From Armatimonadota bacterium (lineage in GTDB: Bacteria; Armatimonadota; HRBIN16): a stretch of DNA of 64,000 nt. Positions 57,258 to 64,000 of this stretch are shown here, piece after piece. Within the stretch, counting starts at the first letter, position 1. The number at the start of each line of letters is the position of its first letter. Where the stretch lies: positions 4,384,001 through 4,448,000 of the forward strand of contig OY781964.1 of NCBI GenBank assembly GCA_963677485.1. The letters are read 5' to 3'. The notes under the pieces were generated by a model. The model was given only the letters and a program-made list of their open reading frames with translations. It did no database searches and was not told the origin of the DNA. A program made the translations under genes and the position numbers.

Positions 57258-57308
57258 TGCTTTATACCTTTTGCAATAAATATACGACAGTGGAGGAACA
57301 TACCTGGA

Positions 57309-59075
57309 ATGAACGGTATCATTAAAAGAGTTGTGCCGTTACTGGCATTTCTGTGTGCCGCCGTACCGGCACTGGCAGAACCCGTCATCGGTGTCAGCGT
57401 GGTGGGTAACCAGAACGTCAACCTAGACGCCGTCAAGGCGCAGATTGGGCGTCTTGAGGGTTCGGAATATACCCCTGAAGCAGCCACTGCGGCAGTTGAG
57501 CAGATCAAAGCCATGGGGTTCTTCAGCTCTGTGGCATATGATCAGCAGCCGGTGCAGGGCGGGGTGCAGTTGATATTTAGAGTTGTCGAATATCCTAAAA
57601 TCAGCCAGATCACCGTTGTTGGTAATACCGTGTTTACGGCAAAAGAGATCACTGATGTATTGTTAACAAAAGTCGGCCTCGTCTTTAACCAACTCGACGC
57701 GGTCAAAGACTACCGCGGGTTGGAGCGCCGATATGAAGACAAAGGCGACATCGTGTTTGTCGAACCATTCAGCTTTGATACTACGGATGGTAGTAAGGTC
57801 ACCCTTCTGCTGAAAGAGGTTCGCGTAGAGGCTATTGAGATAGTCGGACTAAAGAAAACAAAACCTAATGTGTTGCTTCGTGAGATGCGCACAAAAGTAG
57901 GCGACATCTTCAATGCTCAGACCATGCAGCAGGATCTGAACAAAATCCATGCATTGCGGTTATTTTCGGAACTGAACTACAGTCGAGAAATAGGCTCTGA
58001 TCTTGATAAGTTAAAAGTAGTGATCAACGCGACAGAAGACAAAGTGGCTAGCTTCAACATTGGAGCAGGATATAACGCCACTAGCAAACTGTTTGGACTA
58101 CTCGAATACGAAGATCGCAACTTCCGCGGTCTTGGACATAAGCTGAACGGCCGCTATTTGTTTGGCGGTGGAGCCTCTAAGGATAGCATGGAAGCCTATT
58201 ACACCATCCCATGGATCACTAAGAAGGGCACCGAGTTGAGTGTTGGAGCCTGGGACAGTGCTTACAACAGGTTTGGCACCAGCCTCAATTCTGTGGGCAG
58301 CACAAGCACAGCAGACGGCTACTATGAGCGACGTCAGGGAGCCAGTGTAAGTGTGGCTACCCCAATGAGCCGATTTGATACCATGCGTTGGACTTTACGA
58401 TCACAGAGCACCAGCTCACACATAGATGCGACTAGTACCGCGACATTCCTGGTGCAAGACAGCAGCATTTACTCATTGAGCACAGAGTGGATCAGGGATA
58501 CGCGCGACTGGTCCTTTGAACCGGTAGGTGGAGGCCTTGATAGCGTCTTGCTTGAGGCCGCCGAGGGCAACCTGAAAGAAGGATATGGATTTACCGGCAG
58601 AGACATCGCCTATCAGCGCATCAAGTTGAATCTGCGCCGATATCATGCCCTTGGTAAAAGGCCGCCGATCGAAAAGACCGACATGCGGTCGGTGATCGCC
58701 ATGCGTCTACAAGCTGGATACACCAATGGACCGTTGCCGTTCTATGAGCAGTTCTTTGTTGGTGGTTCCGAGTCGATCCGTGGTTATGCCGAAGACCGAT
58801 TCTGGGGATCAGAGATGTTGATGGCGTCCCTCGAGTATAGGAAACCTGTAAGCAAGGCTCTTTCACTCGTTCTTTTCTCTGATGCTGGTGACGCATGGGG
58901 TGGGGACTGGCGGACTACTGGTTTCGCAGACTACGTTCAACATGATAAGTTCGAACCGACGGTCGGATATGGTGTAGGTGTGCGGTTCCAGCTGCCAATC
59001 GGAACCATGCGTATCGACATCGGCTTCGGTGATGAGGGTTCTCAGACGCACTTCAGCTTCGGTAACGTCTTCTAG
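57309..59075 (+). CDS. bamA: Omp85 (BamA/TamA) outer membrane assembly protein, about 3 POTRA domains
   Basis: POTRA-like repeats, NFRGLG, FFVGGSESIRGY lid motif, C-terminal FSFGNVF. Confidence 0.88.
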   Translation: MNGIIKRVVPLLAFLCAAVPALAEPVIGVSVVGNQNVNLDAVKAQIGRLEGSEYTPEAATAAVEQIKAMGFFSSVAYDQQPVQGGVQLIFRVVEYPKISQITVVGNTVFTAKEITDVLLTKVGLVFNQLDAVKDYRGLERRYEDKGDIVFVEPFSFDTTDGSKVTLLLKEVRVEAIEIVGLKKTKPNVLLREMRTKVGDIFNAQTMQQDLNKIHALRLFSELNYSREIGSDLDKLKVVINATEDKVASFNIGAGYNATSKLFGLLEYEDRNFRGLGHKLNGRYLFGGGASKDSMEAYYTIPWITKKGTELSVGAWDSAYNRFGTSLNSVGSTSTADGYYERRQGASVSVATPMSRFDTMRWTLRSQSTSSHIDATSTATFLVQDSSIYSLSTEWIRDTRDWSFEPVGGGLDSVLLEAAEGNLKEGYGFTGRDIAYQRIKLNLRRYHALGKRPPIEKTDMRSVIAMRLQAGYTNGPLPFYEQFFVGGSESIRGYAEDRFWGSEMLMASLEYRKPVSKALSLVLFSDAGDAWGGDWRTTGFADYVQHDKFEPTVGYGVGVRFQLPIGTMRIDIGFGDEGSQTHFSFGNVF

Positions 59076-59103
59076 AGTGATAACAAGGAGAGATACCAGA
59101 ATA

Positions 59104-59730
59104 ATGAATATTCGCTACCCGATCAGGTGCATAATCGCGCTGATAGCCGTGGGCATTTCTGCTGGCGCATATGCTCAGTCGTTTGGAGCAGTGGATTTGG
59201 CAAAAGTGAACGAGTCTTTGGTGAAAATCAAAGACATCGACTCTCAGATCAAAACCAAACATGGGCTGTATCAAAGCCAACTAGACTGGATGCAGGAGAA
59301 TCAGCTTCTGTCAGAAGCTGATTATAAAGAGTATCTCGTCATCAGTGCTACGGCGAAGCCTAATGATGCTCAAAAAACCAAGCTCACCGCGATGAAGGAT
59401 AAGGCAAAGCAACTGGCCTCTGAACTTAGTTTGCTGCGACAGAAAAATCCGCTCACCGATACTGAAAAATTGCGAATGAATGAGCTGACCAGCGTCGAGA
59501 AAATCAATAAGCAGTACATTCAGGATTACGGTCAGGAATCCAGCGAGAACCTTAAGCAGTTTCAAGATGGTCTTGAACGTCAGTTATGGCTTGATGTACG
59601 TGCAGCCGTGACCGATGTCGCCACCAGGAAGAAACTAAGCGTGGTTTTCACTATATCGCCAGACACAGTGCTGTATGCCAGTGATGATATCACAGATGAA
59701 GTGGTCAAACGGCTTGCCGCGAAAAAATAG
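59104..59730 (+). CDS. skp: OmpH/Skp periplasmic chaperone
   Basis: Signal peptide, FGAVDL, coiled coil, 'VATRKKLSVVF...VLYASDDITDEVVKRL'. Confidence 0.8.
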   Translation: MNIRYPIRCIIALIAVGISAGAYAQSFGAVDLAKVNESLVKIKDIDSQIKTKHGLYQSQLDWMQENQLLSEADYKEYLVISATAKPNDAQKTKLTAMKDKAKQLASELSLLRQKNPLTDTEKLRMNELTSVEKINKQYIQDYGQESSENLKQFQDGLERQLWLDVRAAVTDVATRKKLSVVFTISPDTVLYASDDITDEVVKRLAAKK

Positions 59731-60712
59731 AGTCCTATGTATGGTGATCGCCGCCTTGGCGGTCACCATATGTGGATGTCAAAGGGCAAAGCAGTCATCC
59801 GATGTACCAGTGTATATCGATCTGCACAGTGTCATGTCGTTATATCGGCAGTATTCTCCCCCGGTGGCCACAGTCCGTTCCAGTCATGTCATGCCCTCAC
59901 GCACGCTAAAGTTCTCAAAACCCGCGATCGCAAGTCAAACGGCGGGTACGCTGACGCCCGTTGATGACAATACGACCATGGGATACGAAGCACAGATGCG
60001 TTTGGACCGGCTAGTAGCTCGATTACGCAAACTGGAAGATGGTAGCCTTACGGACGAAAAGAACCGGTTGTTACGGCTTTCTGACGAAGAGTATCTGCCG
60101 GAATCTGAAAGGCTGTTAAACCTGTATCGATCTCGGCTGCTCGACATCATCATGAACCATCGGTCAAGCCTGAATCAACTGAGTGTTGATGAAGCCGCAT
60201 ATGCCAGAGCTGTTCGTGACCGACTGGAATGGATCGATACCCTTCGTCCGATGCATCAGCAATCTGAAGACGAATTGGTGGCGGCTTTAGCGGCGTATGA
60301 GAATGATGCGACTCAGCAGGCAACTCGTACGCGCGAGGATATAGCACTGTTGAGTGTGAACCTGGGGCGTCAAGTCGACCAGGAGATGGAAAGGCTGAAG
60401 AAAGTCAGCGAGGGACGAATACAGTCGCAGAGTAAATATGCTATATCTACGCAGACTGACAATCCCTGGGATAGTGAGAAGGAGCCAGCTTCGTTTCCTG
60501 GAGGCCAGGTCACCCTGCAGATGGCCGCTGTCAGACAGCAAGATCCATATAGTCAGAAAGTGGATATGCAAGTCGGTATGCAAAGGGTGGTATTATATAG
60601 CGTTCGACAGTTAGCCAAACGACAGGGCTGGCAGGTTGTATGGGTGCCTGATGGGAAACGTAAAGACGTCACGCAGCAGGTTATTACGATGTTACAAGGT
60701 GGGTGGCAGTGA
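59696..60712 (+). CDS. Extended Skp-like lipoprotein (hypothetical)
   Basis: Lipobox-like ICGC; Skp-like termini 'VYIDLHSV' and 'VRQLAKRQGWQVVW...DVTQQVITML'; long coiled coil; start uncertain (59696 to 59741). Confidence 0.5.
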   Translation: MKWSNGLPRKNRVLCMVIAALAVTICGCQRAKQSSDVPVYIDLHSVMSLYRQYSPPVATVRSSHVMPSRTLKFSKPAIASQTAGTLTPVDDNTTMGYEAQMRLDRLVARLRKLEDGSLTDEKNRLLRLSDEEYLPESERLLNLYRSRLLDIIMNHRSSLNQLSVDEAAYARAVRDRLEWIDTLRPMHQQSEDELVAALAAYENDATQQATRTREDIALLSVNLGRQVDQEMERLKKVSEGRIQSQSKYAISTQTDNPWDSEKEPASFPGGQVTLQMAAVRQQDPYSQKVDMQVGMQRVVLYSVRQLAKRQGWQVVWVPDGKRKDVTQQVITMLQGGWQ

Positions 60713-61737
60713 ACAAGTCTTTTAAGCTTTCCGAGTTGGCTGTTCAACTTGGAGGCAGGGTGATCGGTCCAGATGTGGATATATCTGGTTTGTCTGCAAT
60801 CGAACTGGCTGTAGAGGGAGAGCTCTCATTCGCTGAGACAGCACGTTATCTGAAGCAGGCGCTAGAAAGCGCATGTTCCGCCGTCATGGTAGGTACGGAA
60901 CCAGTTGAACCAGTGTCAAAGTCATTACTGGTGGTTTCGCAGCCCAAACAGTCCTTCATCGAACTTCTCTCGATATTCAACACGCGACCTGATCATTTTC
61001 AGGGAATACATACCACCGCCTTTGTCGATCAGTCTGCTCAAGTTGGGCAGGATGTTTCCATTGGGGCCTATGTCTCCGTTGGTGCCGATGTGCAACTGGG
61101 TGATGGATGCGTGGTCTATGCCGGATCATATATTGGTCAAGGCAGCCGGCTAGGTGCAGGCTGTATCGTCTATCCTAATACAGTGATCATGGATGGGGTT
61201 ATTATAGATGACAGAGTGATCATTGGGCCGGGATGTGTGATAGGGGCTGATGGTTATGGATACCAGTTTAACGGCCGTGAGCATGTTCGAATTCCCCATA
61301 TAGGCTGCGTTCATATTGAGTCCGATGTCGAACTTGGAGCCAATGTCTGCGTTGATAGGGCAAAGACTGGAACCACTCGCATTGGGCAGGGTACGAAAAT
61401 TGATAACCAGGTTCATATCGCTCACAATGTTCAGATTGGCAAGATGTGTTTAATCGTGGCTCAAGTAGGCATCGCTGGCAGCAGTAAATTGGGCGATGGT
61501 GTTATACTAGCCGGACAGGTTGGAGTGAGTGATAATCTCACCATCGGATCAGGTGCGGTTGTTGGTGCCCGGTCAACAGTTTTGAAGGACCTGGAAGCGG
61601 GTGGACGCTATTTAGGTACACCGGCAATCAACCAGGCGGACGAAATGAAGCAGATTGTGACAGCCAAGCGGATGCCTCAGATACTGCAGCGTCTTCATGA
61701 TCTGGAAAAGAAGCTTGAAGAGTTGCAGCAGAGTTGA
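60703..61737 (+). CDS. lpxD: UDP-3-O-acylglucosamine N-acyltransferase
   Basis: Hexapeptide repeats, IGADGYGY, DVELGAN.CVDR, TKIDNQVHIAHNV. Confidence 0.95.
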   Translation: MAVNKSFKLSELAVQLGGRVIGPDVDISGLSAIELAVEGELSFAETARYLKQALESACSAVMVGTEPVEPVSKSLLVVSQPKQSFIELLSIFNTRPDHFQGIHTTAFVDQSAQVGQDVSIGAYVSVGADVQLGDGCVVYAGSYIGQGSRLGAGCIVYPNTVIMDGVIIDDRVIIGPGCVIGADGYGYQFNGREHVRIPHIGCVHIESDVELGANVCVDRAKTGTTRIGQGTKIDNQVHIAHNVQIGKMCLIVAQVGIAGSSKLGDGVILAGQVGVSDNLTIGSGAVVGARSTVLKDLEAGGRYLGTPAINQADEMKQIVTAKRMPQILQRLHDLEKKLEELQQS

Positions 61738-62561
61738 ATATCCAACCGCAACGCACCATCATTAAGTCTGTTTCTGCACAGGGGGTTGGTATTCATACCG
61801 GCCAAGACTGTGTGATCACGCTGGCACCAGCGGATGAAAACAGTGGGATCCGCTTCTACACCTCGACCGGTTCAGTACAAGCACTACCCCAGTATGTAGG
61901 CAGCACCACGCGTTGCACTACACTTGTCAATGGTGAAGTCTCTGTCAGCACTGTCGAGCATCTGATGAGTGCTGCCTGGGGGCTGGGCATCGATAATCTG
62001 CATGTGGATGTAAGTGGTTCTGAGTTGCCTATACTTGATGGGAGCGCGTTTTCATGGTGCGAACTGCTTGCAAATGCTGGAATAGCGGAGCAGCAATCGG
62101 CCAGAAAACAGTACATGCTGCAAGTTCCTGTTAAAATGCAACTTGGGGACAGTATGGCATGGGCATTTCCCTCAGACAAATATTCGATAGATCTGACAAC
62201 CTATTTCAAACATCCCATGGTTGGTCTCAACACGGCCCAAATAGATTGTGACCACCTGGCATACCAGACCGAAGTGGCATCTGCTCGTACTTTTGGTTTC
62301 ATAGAAGAGGTTGAACAGTTGCTGGCAGCCGGTCTAGCCCGTGGCGGCAGTCTTGATAACGCGCTAGTGATCTACCCCGATAAGTACAGCTCGCCTTTGC
62401 GTTACCCAGACGAGATACTGAGGCACAAGTTGCTTGATATGCTGGGCGATCTCTATCTTGCAGGGCACGTGCTTGCTCATGTGGTGGCGGTCTATCCCAG
62501 TCACAAACTGAATGCAGCGTTAGCACGCTTGATCCAAGAAAACTCAATAACGACAGAATAA
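61734..62561 (+). CDS. lpxC: UDP-3-O-acyl-GlcNAc deacetylase
   Basis: QRTI, GVGIHTG, TVEHLMSA, PILDGS, ARTFGF, GGSLDNA, RHKLLDMLGDL. Confidence 0.96.
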   Translation: MNIQPQRTIIKSVSAQGVGIHTGQDCVITLAPADENSGIRFYTSTGSVQALPQYVGSTTRCTTLVNGEVSVSTVEHLMSAAWGLGIDNLHVDVSGSELPILDGSAFSWCELLANAGIAEQQSARKQYMLQVPVKMQLGDSMAWAFPSDKYSIDLTTYFKHPMVGLNTAQIDCDHLAYQTEVASARTFGFIEEVEQLLAAGLARGGSLDNALVIYPDKYSSPLRYPDEILRHKLLDMLGDLYLAGHVLAHVVAVYPSHKLNAALARLIQENSITTE

Positions 62562-62582
62562 TTACTGGAGGATAACACCGTA

Positions 62583-63065
62583 ATGGCAAACTACCTCTAC
62601 GACGTAGAGTATCTAAAATCTATCTTGCCACATCGTTTCCCTATGCTACTGGTTGACCGCATATTGGAGATGGATCCGGGTAAGCGAGCCGTAGGCTTGA
62701 AGAACATCACGATCAATGAAGACTACTTCAATGGTCATTTTCCCCAGAAAGCGGTCATGCCTGGCGTGCTTCTCCTCGAAGCCATGGCCCAGGTTGGTGC
62801 TGTTATGTTGCTGGCATTGCCAGAACAAAAGGGTAAACTGACGTTCTTTACCGCAATCAACAATGCGAAGTTTCGCAAGGTCGTCGTTCCTGGCGATACC
62901 TTGATCTCCGAAGTGACCGTTCTACGGTTCCGCGGACGCAACGGTAAAGTGAGTTGTGTAGGGAAAGTAGACGGGGAAGTTGTCGTTGAGGCAGAGATGA
63001 TGTTTGCCCTCATTGACCCACCTGTATCCGATACCGACAATACGGAAGAAGGCGGCGAAGAGTAG
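62583..63065 (+). CDS. fabZ: 3-hydroxyacyl-ACP dehydratase
   Basis: LPHRFPMLLVD, FNGHFP, MPGVLLLEAMAQ, KFRK.V.PGD. Confidence 0.97.
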   Translation: MANYLYDVEYLKSILPHRFPMLLVDRILEMDPGKRAVGLKNITINEDYFNGHFPQKAVMPGVLLLEAMAQVGAVMLLALPEQKGKLTFFTAINNAKFRKVVVPGDTLISEVTVLRFRGRNGKVSCVGKVDGEVVVEAEMMFALIDPPVSDTDNTEEGGEE

Positions 63066-63901
63066 TGAGTTCATCTTCTGAGTTCCCGGGCGTCCACCCA
63101 TCGGCTGAAATACATCCTACAGCGGTCATTCACCCCACTGCAGTGATCGGCGAAAATGTTAAAATCGGCCCTTTTTGTTGCGTTGGGCCAGACTGTTCCA
63201 TCGGCGATGGCACCATCCTGAAAAGTCAAGTTGTGATTGACAAACGTACTACGATTGGTAAAAACAACCAGATTCACGCAACAGCGGCTATAGGCGGCGA
63301 TCCTCAAGACACGAAATACTCTAATGAACCAACTTCACTGGTCATCGGTGATGGCAACATCATCCGTGAGTTTGTCACCATCCATAGAGCCACTGGCGAA
63401 GGTGGCGTGACAACGATCGGCAATCATAACATGATTATGAGTTATTGCCATATCGGACACAACTGCGAGATTGGTAACAATATCATTATTGCGAACCAGG
63501 TTGGCCTTAGCGGCCACGTTGTGGTTGAAGATAATGTCGTGTTCGGTGGTATGGTGGGTGTTCACCAGTTTACCCGCATAGGAAAGCTCTCCATGATTGG
63601 CGGGTTATCGAAAGTGGTGCAGGACGTACCGCCGTTTGTGTTGGGCGACGGAAGGCCGTTGGAGATTTTAGACCTCAATACGATTGGTCTTCGGCGGAAC
63701 CAGGTCTCATCAAGTGTCCGTGCGGGTCTCCGTCAGGCATATAAACTGCTTTATCGAAGTAAGTTGAATGTGTCTCAGGCGATTGAGGCCATCGAACAAG
63801 AGATAGATCCAAGCCCAGAGCGTGACTATCTGCTTGATTTCATGAAGAGCATTCGCACCGGCTTTGGTGGACGTGCTTTGGATCCTCGCCGTCAAAAATA
63901 A
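63065..63901 (+). CDS. lpxA: Acyl-ACP--UDP-GlcNAc O-acyltransferase
   Basis: IHPTAVI hexapeptides, PQD.KY, IREFVTIHR.T, GHV, VHQF.RIG, DVPPF, LN.IGLRR. Confidence 0.96.
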   Translation: MSSSSEFPGVHPSAEIHPTAVIHPTAVIGENVKIGPFCCVGPDCSIGDGTILKSQVVIDKRTTIGKNNQIHATAAIGGDPQDTKYSNEPTSLVIGDGNIIREFVTIHRATGEGGVTTIGNHNMIMSYCHIGHNCEIGNNIIIANQVGLSGHVVVEDNVVFGGMVGVHQFTRIGKLSMIGGLSKVVQDVPPFVLGDGRPLEILDLNTIGLRRNQVSSSVRAGLRQAYKLLYRSKLNVSQAIEAIEQEIDPSPERDYLLDFMKSIRTGFGGRALDPRRQK

Positions 63902-63902
63902 C

Positions 63903-64000
63903 ATGAAAATGTTGTTTTGCTCTGCAGGAGAAGCCAGTGGTGATGGATCATGCGCAAGTTTGATCCATCAACTTCGTTTGTTGACTCCACAGATGCGTAT
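63903..64000 (+). CDS. lpxB: Lipid-A-disaccharide synthase, N-terminus (truncated by window edge)
   Basis: ATG at 63903 reads MKMLFCSAGEASGD..., the LpxB N-terminal AGEASGD motif, directly after lpxA. Confidence 0.8.
   Translation, partial: MKMLFCSAGEASGDGSCASLIHQLRLLTPQMR

Noticed and set aside
58978-59103. Upstream extension of the skp ORF
   Set aside because: Overlaps the Omp85 C-terminus; AAGGAG RBS and signal peptide support ATG 59104

Overview
Gene-dense chromosomal window from a diderm (LPS-making) bacterium. Armatimonadota is my best guess, inferred from the tamB-Omp85-skp-lpx cluster, the yggS-sepF-proC block and a dockerin-like C-terminal domain; this is not proven. Housekeeping content: an MTA/adenine salvage operon (mtnP-mtnA-apt) with a divergent nucleoside kinase, tyrS, tatD-tcdA, hemW, an ahpC/redoxin pair, recO-ruvC, pstSCAB-phoU-yggS-sepF-proC, hisI, lipA, and the outer-membrane cluster tamB-Omp85-skp-skp-like-lpxD-lpxC-fabZ-lpxA-lpxB (partial). 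Accessory content: GH78, GH38, GH32 and GH42-like glycosidases, a URO-D/MtaA-like protein, a PocR-domain hybrid kinase, a three-gene secreted-protein cassette and tandem MFS paralogues. I saw no transposase, integrase, phage gene or CRISPR array. The most unusual signals are: (i) two identical tandem tRNA-Arg genes with the rare bacterial anticodon GCG, in a window that also encodes an archaeal/eukaryote-type Trm1 tRNA G26 dimethyltransferase; (ii) a stand-alone MtaB-type methanol:corrinoid methyltransferase whose leader can pair over its own RBS; (iii) a ~170-nt imperfect hairpin that could be an ncRNA or a MITE; (iv) a nested REP-like palindrome cluster; (v) an ABC exporter half with two degenerate ATPase motifs. 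All calls come from reading motifs by eye; no database searches were run.
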